Source: a virus (lineage: Duplodnaviria; Heunggongvirae; Uroviricota; Caudoviricetes). From it: a stretch of 64,000 nt of DNA. Positions 1 to 9,326 of this stretch are shown one piece after another. Position 1 is the stretch's first letter, and the number at the start of each line of letters is the position of its first letter. The DNA lies in the IMG/VR virus record IMGVR_UViG_3300043467_001216. One strand, 5' to 3'. The translations under genes were made by a program, and so were the position numbers. The notes below the pieces were generated by a model. That model made no database searches, had not been told where the DNA came from, and was given only the letters and a program-made list of their open reading frames with translations.

Positions 1-2
1 GT

Positions 3-188
3 TATCAGATTCGACATTCGCCAATCGCAAATGGAGGTAAAGAAGTTTGGAGTCGGGCTTATGTTGAAGTTAGTTTGGGTTATAAGTCAGCAATTGGTAA
101 CAGTTTTGATACGGACCAAGAGGCTAAAGATTGGATTGACAAATTAAAAGAAATGTCAGGTAAAACATTTGAAGTTATTACTCACTAA
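3..188 (+). CDS. 3' end of hypothetical protein (5'-truncated by window)
   Basis: Open frame YQIRHSP...FEVITH* to TAA at 186-188, translated by hand. Confidence 0.6.
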   Translation, partial: YQIRHSPIANGGKEVWSRAYVEVSLGYKSAIGNSFDTDQEAKDWIDKLKEMSGKTFEVITH

Positions 189-211
189 AACATATTGATA
201 TATTTATTAGT

Positions 212-682
212 ATGAAGAATACTATTAAACGAATATTATCTGAAGAGGTTGATAAAAAAATTCAAACCTTATTAAATTACGTTCAAAAAGATGGGTTAAT
301 TAAAGGTTCTAAATTGGTTGGTGGTTATAAAAACCTAAAAGAGATTTTAAAAGGAACTGACTTTCTAACTAGAGACGTTATGGTTAATACCATTATTGGT
401 GTTTGTAAAGAAAAGGGTGGATTTTCAATGCAAGAATTAGGGTTGGAAGAAATTAAACTTGATGAAGGAGAGACTTTATTAAGAAATTTAAGTTATATTG
501 ACAAAAATGGTATTGAAGTAGTTACATATGAAATAGGTGACGATGGTTATTTTGATGAAGAACCTGTTGATTGGTTATCATTCAACTATGATTCAAAATT
601 CCGCAATGGTAATTATGTTTTAGATACCATTCATTTGTACGAAATACTTGATGCCGTTATAGATGTTTATGGAAAATTGTAA
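212..682 (+). CDS. Leader-tagged hypothetical protein (paralog of 699-1190)
   Basis: MKNTIKRILSEE leader; TATTTAT at 201-207; first ~55 aa nearly identical to next ORF. Confidence 0.85.
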   Translation: MKNTIKRILSEEVDKKIQTLLNYVQKDGLIKGSKLVGGYKNLKEILKGTDFLTRDVMVNTIIGVCKEKGGFSMQELGLEEIKLDEGETLLRNLSYIDKNGIEVVTYEIGDDGYFDEEPVDWLSFNYDSKFRNGNYVLDTIHLYEILDAVIDVYGKL

Positions 683-698
683 TAATATATTTATTGGT

Positions 699-1190
699 AT
701 GAAGAATATTATTAAACGAATATTATCTGAAGAGATTGATAAAAAAACTCAAACATTATTAAATTACATTCAAAACAATGGGTTAATTAAAGGTTCTAAA
801 TTAGTTGGTGGTTATAAAAACCTAAAAGAGATTTTAAAAGGAACTGACTACTTAACTCGTGAATGTATGCTTAAAACAATTCAAGATTATTTTAATCAAC
901 CGAATGCTCGTAATTATTTGGGTTTAAATAATATTGGTTTAGAAGAAATTGAGTTAGAAAAAGGTAAAGACCATTTAATAAATTTAACTGGGTTGTTTAA
1001 ACAAGGTTATGATGTGAATGTTTATGAGAAAGATGAGTTTGATGATTGGCATGAGGTTCACTCAACATCAGTTCAGTACGATGATATGGATGTGAATAAA
1101 AAACCATTATTAAAAACAATTCACTTATACGAATTGATTGATGGCGTTATGGAACAATATGAGAAAGATACTAGTGATAAATGGTATTAA
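699..1190 (+). CDS. Leader-tagged hypothetical protein (paralog of 212-682)
   Basis: Start moved to ATG 699 (MKNIIKRILSEE) after TATTTAT at 688-694. Confidence 0.85.
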   Translation: MKNIIKRILSEEIDKKTQTLLNYIQNNGLIKGSKLVGGYKNLKEILKGTDYLTRECMLKTIQDYFNQPNARNYLGLNNIGLEEIELEKGKDHLINLTGLFKQGYDVNVYEKDEFDDWHEVHSTSVQYDDMDVNKKPLLKTIHLYELIDGVMEQYEKDTSDKWY

Positions 1191-1210
1191 TTTAAAAATC
1201 TAAATATATT

Positions 1211-1241
1211 GGGGATAACTAAATAGTTATCCCTTTTTTTT
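1211..1241 (+). terminator. Rho-independent terminator
   Basis: GGGATAACT-aaat-AGTTATCCC followed by T-run. Confidence 0.85.
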
Positions 1242-1265
1242 ATTGGTAAAGTATTTATAGATATA

Positions 1266-2378
1266 ATGGAAGAAAAAGTTAAAAAAATAGTTAATAAAAT
1301 TGGTTATAAGAAACTAATAGATTCCACAGGATTAACTATGGATAAGATATTATCTATGTTAGGTAAAGATTGGGAAGATGTTGAAACTCAGTTAGAAATA
1401 ACCAAAAATTTTGTTTATTTCAATGATTTAACTGAGGCATTATTTATTGAGGTTGTAAGAAATGATGGTGATTATATTATTAAACCACATATTAATCCTG
1501 GAACTGCTGTTAATACTGATTCTTGGTTTGATAGTCATTTTTGTAATATGATTAATAAATACGTTCCGTTTAAAGTTGAACCTTCTTGGTCTAAATATAA
1601 TCCCGAATGTAAAATATTCATTAATAGTGAAACATTTAAATCGGATGAGGATGACGAGGAAATGTCATTACAGGAATCAATCAAAAGAGTATTAAACGAG
1701 GAAACCCAAAGAATTAGTAATGAACAATTGATTGAAATTTTTTACTCACGATTAACTAAAAAGGGGGAAATAAATTTCAAGGGGATAATTTTAAAACCTA
1801 AATTAGAAGACGATGGTCAAAAAAGAATAATCTTTAATATTGATAATCCAAATGATTTATCTTACAGTCAAGCGGTTATTGAAAATTATATTGATAAAAT
1901 GTTTAATAAATTTATTAAAATATTTGGGCTTGATAGATTTAAAATTCAATTTAAGTTTGATTCCTACCTTATAGTTAACACACCCGAAGAATTTTACATT
2001 AATAAAACTGATTACGACAATATTAGACAAAGTATTGTTAATGTTAAAAAGTTTAGAATTAAATACTTCAATAAAAAAGTTGATTTAATTGGTGATGTTA
2101 AATTAGGTTCAGATGAGTTCTGGGTTAATGTTAGTGGTAGTGAAGTTAACTTAACTATTAATGCGAGATTAACTAATTTTAAATTAACTAATAATGATAA
2201 TCAAGTAACTGAACTATCGGATGATGAGTTAAATGATTTCTTAAACGAAGGTAGTAATGGTGATAAATATATTGATTATATCCAAGACGAATTATATGAT
2301 GAAGCAATGAATTATATATGGAATATGACTACGGTGACGGACCAAGATAATATGTATATAAATGTTGATTTAGTATGA
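1266..2378 (+). CDS. Two-module hypothetical protein with internal leader-like segment
   Basis: 370 aa ORF; internal MSLQESIKRVLNEE; TATTTATA at 1252-1259. Confidence 0.85.
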   Translation: MEEKVKKIVNKIGYKKLIDSTGLTMDKILSMLGKDWEDVETQLEITKNFVYFNDLTEALFIEVVRNDGDYIIKPHINPGTAVNTDSWFDSHFCNMINKYVPFKVEPSWSKYNPECKIFINSETFKSDEDDEEMSLQESIKRVLNEETQRISNEQLIEIFYSRLTKKGEINFKGIILKPKLEDDGQKRIIFNIDNPNDLSYSQAVIENYIDKMFNKFIKIFGLDRFKIQFKFDSYLIVNTPEEFYINKTDYDNIRQSIVNVKKFRIKYFNKKVDLIGDVKLGSDEFWVNVSGSEVNLTINARLTNFKLTNNDNQVTELSDDELNDFLNEGSNGDKYIDYIQDELYDEAMNYIWNMTTVTDQDNMYINVDLV

Positions 2379-2860
2379 GGTTACAAGATAAAATAAGAAG
2401 AATATTAAGGGAAGAGGTTCAAGGTTTAAATGAAAACGATGAACTAACTAATCGTATATTAGATAAGATTAATAGTTACGGGATTGATTCATTGAGTAAA
2501 ATGGAACGAAGATTTCTTGATAACAAATCTCAGGACATTGAAGATGATGAGGTTTCTGACATTGCTAGTATTGATACAGGTTATGAATTTAATGATAATA
2601 TTGATGGTGTCGATATTAGATTCATTTATGATGGTTCAGAAGAATGGGATGATGACCCTGTGGAATTTAAACATATGGGACAATTCTTTTATGATGATGA
2701 AGAATATTATGGAACAATGTATACCGACGAAGATTTAAACGTTCATTCATTTGATATACACGATGGTGAAGATTTTGTTGACCTGAATGTTGACCTTGAA
2801 GATGGTCTACTTGAATTCTTCCAAAAAGTGGGGGATAAGATTAAACAAAATATGATATGA
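2375..2860 (+). CDS. Acidic leader-tagged protein with DUF6576-like helix motif
   Basis: MRLQDKIRRILREE; ILDKINSYGIDSLSKMERRFLD; C-terminus resembles 34038-34469. Confidence 0.8.
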   Translation: MRLQDKIRRILREEVQGLNENDELTNRILDKINSYGIDSLSKMERRFLDNKSQDIEDDEVSDIASIDTGYEFNDNIDGVDIRFIYDGSEEWDDDPVEFKHMGQFFYDDEEYYGTMYTDEDLNVHSFDIHDGEDFVDLNVDLEDGLLEFFQKVGDKIKQNMI

Positions 2861-3456
2861 ACCTACAAGAAACTATAAGAAGAATAATAAGGGAAGAATC
2901 CGAATATGGTGGTGGCATTTTTTATCACAATTCAGACTATAATATTGATTTATTCAAACCACAACTTAGAAACAGAAAGAAAAATAGTTATTTATTTTTC
3001 TCAAACGAGCCTAATACATTCATTGATAGAAAATACACATATGAGGTTAAATTAAAATTTGACCCAAATAGGGTATTCAACACATTCAAACATATTAATG
3101 ATTATGGAATCAAATATACTTTAGAAGAATACAAAGATGAGGTGTTAGATTTATTTGAAAATAATGTTGACTATTTTATTGATGAATGGAATAGAACGGG
3201 TGTTGACAGTGTTGAAGAAGTAATGGAATATTTTGTGAGTGATAAGAATGGTGATGAAGATGATATGGTTGGTTTATTATATTATTTTATTACAAAATGG
3301 AATGATTCGTGGGCGGTAATTGAAACTGATAAGTTTTTAGATTTTATTGAATCTAAAGGTTATTATGGTTTTGTAACATTAGAAGAGGGATTAACTAATA
3401 TCGCTTGTAACGATTTTGAATCTATTGAAATAATTAATAAAAGAAATATGTGGTAA
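2857..3456 (+). CDS. Leader-tagged putative ADP-ribosyltransferase-fold protein (ART-PolyVal-like)
   Basis: FYHNS..IDLF, LFFS, YEVKL, KGYYGF pattern by eye. Confidence 0.45.
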   Translation: MNLQETIRRIIREESEYGGGIFYHNSDYNIDLFKPQLRNRKKNSYLFFSNEPNTFIDRKYTYEVKLKFDPNRVFNTFKHINDYGIKYTLEEYKDEVLDLFENNVDYFIDEWNRTGVDSVEEVMEYFVSDKNGDEDDMVGLLYYFITKWNDSWAVIETDKFLDFIESKGYYGFVTLEEGLTNIACNDFESIEIINKRNMW

Positions 3457-3588
3457 TATGAACCTACAAGAAAATAAACGTTCACTAAATAAATAATAAC
3501 AGTGTTCGGTAATTTTTAATGTTTACTTAATATTTATTTACTAGTAAGAGCTATTGAATATATTAAACATAATTCATAATTTCGTATT

Positions 3589-3798
3589 ATGGAGAATGAA
3601 TTAATAGAACTTCTTAAAGAGGTATTAGCGTTACACGGTATAAAACAAGGTGATTACCCCAACGGGTTATTAGAACGAGGTGTTCTTTATCGTGAATTGG
3701 GTGATAATAGAATTTATACCAATAATATTGACCAAGATAAAATGGTTACTCTTGATAATAAAATCATTGAAACATTAAATAAATTTAAAGGGGGATAA
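3589..3798 (+). CDS. Hypothetical protein
   Basis: ORF with ATG ending at a terminator hairpin. Confidence 0.65.
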   Translation: MENELIELLKEVLALHGIKQGDYPNGLLERGVLYRELGDNRIYTNNIDQDKMVTLDNKIIETLNKFKGG

Positions 3799-3828
3799 TG
3801 AAAGTTATCCCTTTTTTTATTATGTTTG
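3790..3828 (+). promoter_or_regulatory. Terminator hairpin fused to TAnnTTTG promoter
   Basis: GGGATAAT-gaaa-GTTATCCC, T-run, TATGTTTG at 3821-3828, ATG at 3833. Confidence 0.7.
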
Positions 3829-3832
3829 TTGT

Positions 3833-4240
3833 ATGGAAGATTTTTTTGTTACTTACGAACAAGCAAAAGCGTTAAAAGAAATTGGGTATGATAAATATTC
3901 GCGGTTTGGTAGTGAATGTTCATTATATAAATCAAATGGTAAACATACGTTCTATATGAACGGAATTGGGGATGAAACTTATATATCCGCACCACTTAAA
4001 ACAGAAGTACTCCAATGGTTTAGAGATAAACACCAATTATACGGAGAAGTTCATATTGATTGTACAACTGAACCTAAGTTTTCTTATGTTGTATACGAAT
4101 TCTTTGGTAATCCCAATGATTTAACAGAAAAAGAATGGGGGTGGAAAGATGGTTTATATTCGGTTTTATATAGAACTCGTGAAGAACCTGAGTCGGAATT
4201 AATTAATTATTTAATACAAAAAATAAATGATGGGAATTAG
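3833..4240 (+). CDS. Phage hypothetical protein (FVTYEQAxALKExG family, paralog of 8139-8519)
   Basis: Shared N-terminus and APLxxxVxxxFR motif with 8139-8519. Confidence 0.85.
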   Translation: MEDFFVTYEQAKALKEIGYDKYSRFGSECSLYKSNGKHTFYMNGIGDETYISAPLKTEVLQWFRDKHQLYGEVHIDCTTEPKFSYVVYEFFGNPNDLTEKEWGWKDGLYSVLYRTREEPESELINYLIQKINDGN

Positions 4241-4538
4241 TGTAATATTTTACGGGTTTAGCGATGAACCAAGTTATGGAAAAGAATTATCCGTTAAAAT
4301 CGCAGAGAGATTTAATGTGGATTATCCTGATGCTGAGGTTAAAAATGACTTTGATGAGGAAGAGGAAGAATTTAAAATAATCTTTGATTTAGAAGGTGAT
4401 GATATTGATGGTCCTGATACATTCCTGTGTGAAGAAATTTGTAAAGAACACGAGGTGTATTGTGAGATATTGAATCTTGATAATTATGATTCAAAATCAT
4501 ATTATTACGATGAAGAAGATAAATGGTTTTATAAATAA
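4227..4538 (+). CDS. Acidic hypothetical protein
   Basis: ORF in operon, D/E rich. Confidence 0.75.
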   Translation: MMGISVIFYGFSDEPSYGKELSVKIAERFNVDYPDAEVKNDFDEEEEEFKIIFDLEGDDIDGPDTFLCEEICKEHEVYCEILNLDNYDSKSYYYDEEDKWFYK

Positions 4539-4889
4539 ATGATTATGCAAATTAGAAAATGTGAAAGAGTAACGGTTTTTAATTCAACCGAAGTTGCCAA
4601 CTTAAATCCCGAAGACTTTAAAAACTTATCAATCCCTTTTGAAGGTGAAACTGATGAGGAGTTTTTAGCTTACTTAGAAGAGAATATGTATGAACTGTAT
4701 GAAGTTATCTATGAAGAAATAGATGAGGATGTATTATCTGAACTAAGTAAAATGTGGGAACCTGAATGGACCGAATATAGTAACTCCGCTTGGGATGGTG
4801 AAGATTCTTGGTTAGAAACAGGTGTAATTGACGAAGATTATACAAAAACAGGTGGGTTTAAAATTACCACTTCAACGTTTAGAGATTAA
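4539..4889 (+). CDS. Acidic hypothetical protein
   Basis: ORF abutting previous stop, D/E rich. Confidence 0.75.
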   Translation: MIMQIRKCERVTVFNSTEVANLNPEDFKNLSIPFEGETDEEFLAYLEENMYELYEVIYEEIDEDVLSELSKMWEPEWTEYSNSAWDGEDSWLETGVIDEDYTKTGGFKITTSTFRD

Positions 4890-4894
4890 ATAAT

Positions 4895-5137
4895 ATGAGA
4901 AAATTAATATTAGTAATCTTAGTGGGGATATTACTATCCTGTAATTGTGACCAAAAAGAATGGATGTATAAACGAGGGGATTTGGTAGAACAAAAACTTG
5001 TTAAAGGGTTGTTAGTAGTTCAAGATACTATAACTAAAAATAATGAACAATGTTATAAATTAGTTAGTGGTACTGGTTCTCACCGAGTTATTGAAGAATA
5101 CAAGTTATATAAAGTTGAACTAAATCAAATACATTAA
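4895..5137 (+). CDS. Small lipoprotein
   Basis: MRKLILVILVGILLSC lipobox signal. Confidence 0.75.
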   Translation: MRKLILVILVGILLSCNCDQKEWMYKRGDLVEQKLVKGLLVVQDTITKNNEQCYKLVSGTGSHRVIEEYKLYKVELNQIH

Positions 5138-5138
5138 T

Positions 5139-5354
5139 ATGAGAAAATTAGTTGTAATAATGTTAGTGGGAATATTATTCTCCTGTAATAGTAAGTTCAA
5201 ACACGATATTGGTGATGTAACAAAATATAAGTTATATAATAATCGAGTATTGATTTTAGATACTTTAACCAAATATGGTAAACCTTATTATAAAATTGAA
5301 GCGACTGATTGTAGTGAATGTGATGAAGCGTCAGAATTAGAACTTGAAGATTAA
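5139..5354 (+). CDS. Small lipoprotein (paralog of 4895-5137)
   Basis: MRKLVVIMLVGILFSC; shared GD.V and DT.TK...YK pattern. Confidence 0.75.
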   Translation: MRKLVVIMLVGILFSCNSKFKHDIGDVTKYKLYNNRVLILDTLTKYGKPYYKIEATDCSECDEASELELED

Positions 5355-5360
5355 TTTCAC

Positions 5361-5399
5361 ACCCCATCTGTTAAAGTTGGGGTTTTTTTATTATATTTG
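5361..5399 (+). promoter_or_regulatory. Terminator-promoter cassette
   Basis: ACCCCATCTGTTAAAGTTGGGG, T-run, TATATTTG at 5392-5399; near copies at 8082 and 10627. Confidence 0.75.
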
Positions 5400-5418
5400 A
5401 TGAACACTAAAACGAAAT

Positions 5419-5589
5419 ATGATGAACAGATTATTGACTATCGAAGAAAAATTACAGATTATTGATGAAATCGAAACAATCTTTGTGACAGGTAAAGGGA
5501 TGCCAGAAAGTGCTAACGATTTAATTATGAAAAAGTTACAAGCACTTAAAGTTGACCAACAAGAAAGAACACATACTGAAACAAATTAA
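5419..5589 (+). CDS. Small hypothetical protein (56 aa, below ORF-track cutoff)
   Basis: MMNRLLTIEEK...TETN*, directly after TATATTTG. Confidence 0.6.
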   Translation: MMNRLLTIEEKLQIIDEIETIFVTGKGMPESANDLIMKKLQALKVDQQERTHTETN

Positions 5590-5607
5590 GTTTATTATAT
5601 TTGATTT

Positions 5608-5808
5608 ATGGAAACGACAGATAAAAACGGGAGAGACATCAAAGTAGGTGATTATGTTAAAGTAATTAACCGAATTACAGGTTCAGTTGAAGATTCAGGT
5701 AAGATTACCAAAATAGATGGTAAACAAGTTCATCTTGGTGTTGGTACGAATATTATCGGGATGGAAATTAGTAATGTTTATTTAAGAGACCAAGTAATTA
5801 AATATTGA
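5608..5808 (+). CDS. Small SH3/KOW-like protein
   Basis: DKNGRDIKVGDYV; TATATTTG at 5596-5603. Confidence 0.7.
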   Translation: METTDKNGRDIKVGDYVKVINRITGSVEDSGKITKIDGKQVHLGVGTNIIGMEISNVYLRDQVIKY

Positions 5809-5898
5809 TATGAATAAATTAATAACGAAGATTGCTTTGATTATAATCTCACCATTAGTAATATTGTATATTATAACTTGGTTCTTATAAAAGATATT

Positions 5899-6162
5899 AT
5901 GGAAAACGAAAATACAATGGGTTTTGAACGAAAGTTAAGGGAACTACTTGGTAATTCCGATAAAGTTGGTGAGATATTAGATTTAATACCTGACAATGTA
6001 TTATTACCATTATATTACAAAGGTGACGTTGTTAAAACACGCGAAGGTAATGTGATAACCGTAACTGAAGTAGGGTTTAGACGTGCTGAGTATATCTACT
6101 TTTTTGAAGATGAGAATGGTGAGGAATGGTATGAACGAGAAGAAAATTTGATTTATGAATAA
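5899..6162 (+). CDS. Hypothetical protein
   Basis: Probable ATG start at 5899; overlaps next gene. Confidence 0.65.
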   Translation: MENENTMGFERKLRELLGNSDKVGEILDLIPDNVLLPLYYKGDVVKTREGNVITVTEVGFRRAEYIYFFEDENGEEWYEREENLIYE

Positions 6163-6364
6163 AGAATATAAAGAAATGACATTCACCTTATCCGCAGAAC
6201 AAGTTAAAAAATTCTCGGAATGGGCGAAAGAGAAACAATTAAAATCAACGGCAATCGGTGGTGGTTATACTGTGTGCTTCACACCAACAAGTCTTGGTGA
6301 TATTGCTGAGGTTAGATGTGTTGACGGGACAAGTATTACATTAACTGATTACAACGACTTATAA
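6155..6364 (+). CDS. Phage hypothetical protein
   Basis: AIGGGYTVCFTPTSLG motif; in operon. Confidence 0.75.
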   Translation: MNKEYKEMTFTLSAEQVKKFSEWAKEKQLKSTAIGGGYTVCFTPTSLGDIAEVRCVDGTSITLTDYNDL

Positions 6365-6365
6365 G

Positions 6366-6563
6366 ATGGGTAAACACGTATCATATAAAAAACTACATCT
6401 GAAAAATGATAAAGGTGATAATGTTGTTATTCACGAACAAAATCACTATAATGAATGGGCATACACGGTAATGTCTGTTAATGGTAAAGAAGTTAATGAT
6501 GGTGCTTGGGATTATCTTTCAAGTGCATTAAAAGCTAGTGAGAAATATGGGAAGGAAATTTAG
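6366..6563 (+). CDS. Hypothetical protein
   Basis: Operonic ORF. Confidence 0.65.
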   Translation: MGKHVSYKKLHLKNDKGDNVVIHEQNHYNEWAYTVMSVNGKEVNDGAWDYLSSALKASEKYGKEI

Positions 6564-6855
6564 TAAGTTAGAAATTAGTGGGACAGTTAATGTTCAATCT
6601 AATGGTCAACATATGAAAGCCAATTGGTTTTGTGTGAACTGTCATTGTATTTCAAGTCATTCCCACACTCATTATCCGAAATGTGATAATCACGAATGTT
6701 ATTCCATTCCAGCAACAGGTGAGGTCCCCAAAAAAAATGCGAGCAAAAGGAAATGGGATATTTTTAAAAGACAATTTGTTTATGCTAAACCAATAGGTTG
6801 GTGGAATTATTCCGAATTTAGTTGGTGGTCTAAAAATAAATCTAAAAGACTATGA
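6547..6855 (+). CDS. Cys/His-rich putative zinc-binding protein
   Basis: WFCVNCH...PKCDNH. Confidence 0.65.
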   Translation: MGRKFSKLEISGTVNVQSNGQHMKANWFCVNCHCISSHSHTHYPKCDNHECYSIPATGEVPKKNASKRKWDIFKRQFVYAKPIGWWNYSEFSWWSKNKSKRL

Positions 6856-7079
6856 GTAAAGAAAAAGGATATGTTTGGTTACCTTATATAACCAAAATAG
6901 TAAGAACGGATATTAATGGGGAAACTGTTTGGTATGATAATAAATGGAAGAATCTTCTATTGAAGATTAAGCATTTTTTCATTAAACCAAAATATTTGAA
7001 GAACGCTCACCTGTATTCAAAAAAAGCAATTAACCCAAAGTTCTATCAAACAATTAAAATAGAAAAAAACGATGAGTAA
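6852..7079 (+). CDS. Hypothetical protein
   Basis: ATGA overlap. Confidence 0.65.
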   Translation: MSKEKGYVWLPYITKIVRTDINGETVWYDNKWKNLLLKIKHFFIKPKYLKNAHLYSKKAINPKFYQTIKIEKNDE

Positions 7080-7287
7080 TATCGGTAAAGAAATTAAGGA
7101 CTTCTTCTGTAATGGTTTCGCAGGTAGAAGATATGACTTAACAGGTAGTATTATTGAAGCCGAAGGTGAAGATTGGATTGTTATTAGAACTGATGAAGGT
7201 GAACCAATCTTTATGGACCTACAAGGGTGGGATAAACAAGATTGTATTAATAATTGGACAACATTTAATTACGATGAAGAATTATAA
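7072..7287 (+). CDS. Phage hypothetical protein
   Basis: CNGFAGRRYDL...IEAEGEDWIV. Confidence 0.7.
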   Translation: MSNIGKEIKDFFCNGFAGRRYDLTGSIIEAEGEDWIVIRTDEGEPIFMDLQGWDKQDCINNWTTFNYDEEL

Positions 7288-7367
7288 GAACGGCAAACTT
7301 CAATGTTTGGTTTGAAGAATATAAAAATAAATAATATTCTAAAATATATATTAATAAATGTTTAATT

Positions 7368-8060
7368 ATGAAAATATCTATTTGTATACCAACTTATGAA
7401 TATTATGGTGAAGGTGTTGAGTTTTTAACTCAATTATTTGAAAGTATTAATAAACAAAGTTATAGAAATTTTAATGTCGTAATCTCCGACCATAGTATAA
7501 CTAACGTAATTGAAGTCCTTTGTAATGAATATAGGGATAAATTTGAAATTATTTATATTAAAAACAATGATAAATTAGGGAATGGTCCTCATAACACAAA
7601 TAACGCCATTAAAAATTCTGACGGTGACATTATTAAAATAATGTTTCAAGATGATTTTTTTGTAAATGACAACTCATTAGATAAGATTGTTCAATCATTT
7701 AATAATGATAATTGTGGTTGGGTGGTTAACGGTAGTACTCAAACTCACGATGGTGTGGTATGTTCTGGTGATATGATACCTCATTGGAATGAAAATATTC
7801 TTTCAGGTGTTAATACAATAAGTTCACCGTCAGTATTGTCATTTAAAAAAGATTGTGATTGTTTATTTGATGAGAATTTAGTTATGTTGATGGATTGTGA
7901 AATGTATTATCAACTTTATATAAAATATGGGTTACCTGTAGTAATTAATGATGTCTTAATCTGTAATCGAATTCACAAAAATCAAATAAGTTCGTTATAC
8001 CGTAATGATGTGCATAAAGAAATGTCGTATGTTAATAATAAACATAACCCAATCAAGTAA
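7368..8060 (+). CDS. Glycosyltransferase family 2
   Basis: KISICIPTYE, VISDHS, FQDD (DxD-like), MDCE motifs of GT-A fold. Confidence 0.9.
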   Translation: MKISICIPTYEYYGEGVEFLTQLFESINKQSYRNFNVVISDHSITNVIEVLCNEYRDKFEIIYIKNNDKLGNGPHNTNNAIKNSDGDIIKIMFQDDFFVNDNSLDKIVQSFNNDNCGWVVNGSTQTHDGVVCSGDMIPHWNENILSGVNTISSPSVLSFKKDCDCLFDENLVMLMDCEMYYQLYIKYGLPVVINDVLICNRIHKNQISSLYRNDVHKEMSYVNNKHNPIK

Positions 8061-8081
8061 AATTAATATAAAAAGAAATGA

Positions 8082-8121
8082 AACCTCATCTGTTAAAGTT
8101 GGGGTTTTTTAATTATATTTG
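8082..8121 (+). promoter_or_regulatory. Terminator-promoter cassette
   Basis: CATCTGTTAAAGTTGGGG, T-run, TATATTTG at 8114-8121. Confidence 0.75.
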
Positions 8122-8138
8122 AAGAAACAAATTGAGAT

Positions 8139-8519
8139 ATGGAAAAACATTTTGTAACATACGAACAATCATTAGCTTTGAAAGAGTTAGGCTTCGATGA
8201 ACCTTGTATGGGTAAATACGATACAAAACAAAGTGATGAATGGGTTATAAATATTTACTCAGGACACCTTAATACTCAATTCGGTGATAAAAATAACGCG
8301 TGTATCGCACCACTCCGTTCACAAGTGTTTGAATTTTTCAGGGGTTATAGATTAACGGTGGTTATTGAAGATTATTTAGATGATTATGAAGTTAAAATAG
8401 TTGAGTGGACGTTATCTGATGATAGAATCACCCACGAATTTCCTAATAGGTTTGATAGTTGGGGTGACGCCGAATCCGCATCAATTGATAAATTAATTGA
8501 ATTAGTTAAAAAGAAATAA
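8139..8519 (+). CDS. Phage hypothetical protein (paralog of 3833-4240)
   Basis: FVTYEQSLALKELGFDEPC. Confidence 0.85.
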   Translation: MEKHFVTYEQSLALKELGFDEPCMGKYDTKQSDEWVINIYSGHLNTQFGDKNNACIAPLRSQVFEFFRGYRLTVVIEDYLDDYEVKIVEWTLSDDRITHEFPNRFDSWGDAESASIDKLIELVKKK

Positions 8520-8520
8520 T

Positions 8521-9030
8521 ATGACAGAGAAATTAGTTAAGACAGGAAACGATTACATATTATATTCCAAAGACAAAACTGTGTTAGGAATTACATCAGG
8601 AACAATGGTGGGTAGAATGTTATCACTCAAAAACTGTCAAGCTATTGAGAATGGTTATGATTTGGATGAAATAAGGAAACTTGCTGATGAAGATTTTGAA
8701 TGTGAATTGGGTGATGGACCAACCACTAATGAATCAATTAATTCAATGATTAAAAAAAGTAACGCAAATGGTGCTGAATGGGGTTTCAAAAAAGCACTTG
8801 AAATTCTTAGTGATAAGAAGTTTAGTGAGGAGGATGTAAAATTCATGTTCCAACTTGGGTTTAATTTAGACAATGCAATCTCAAGAAACGAGTATAATAC
8901 ACATATCCAATCACTACAACAAACTGAATGGGATGTTGAGATTGTAATGGATATTTGTGGTGATAAAGTTTATGCAGTTCCTGAGCCTGCTTTAGATGAA
9001 AATGGTTGTTTAATCCTGAGAAGAATATGA
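8521..9030 (+). CDS. Phage hypothetical protein, PALDxxGCLIL C-terminus
   Basis: LSLxNC..IE and PALDENGCLIL shared with next ORF. Confidence 0.8.
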   Translation: MTEKLVKTGNDYILYSKDKTVLGITSGTMVGRMLSLKNCQAIENGYDLDEIRKLADEDFECELGDGPTTNESINSMIKKSNANGAEWGFKKALEILSDKKFSEEDVKFMFQLGFNLDNAISRNEYNTHIQSLQQTEWDVEIVMDICGDKVYAVPEPALDENGCLILRRI

Positions 9031-9326
9031 AGGGGATTTTATATAAAGAAGAAGAAGGTTATTACGTGTTTGTTAACACAGTTATACTAGGGACAACAAG
9101 ACCGTTATTAAATTTTGATTTAGTTAAATATAAACTATCACTACATAACTGCGAAGATATTGAACGTGATGTTCCTAAAAATGATTTGGATGGATGGGAT
9201 GTTTGGGTTGTTATGTCTTGTGGGTTACCTGATGGTTGTACTGAACCTGAAAAAGAATGTTCCTGTGATATTATACCCGCATTAGATGAAGATGGTTGTT
9301 TAATCCTAACAAAAAATATAATATGA
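9027..9326 (+). CDS. Paralog of 8521-9030
   Basis: Start at ATGA overlap 9027; PALDEDGCLIL. Confidence 0.8.
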   Translation: MKGILYKEEEGYYVFVNTVILGTTRPLLNFDLVKYKLSLHNCEDIERDVPKNDLDGWDVWVVMSCGLPDGCTEPEKECSCDIIPALDEDGCLILTKNII

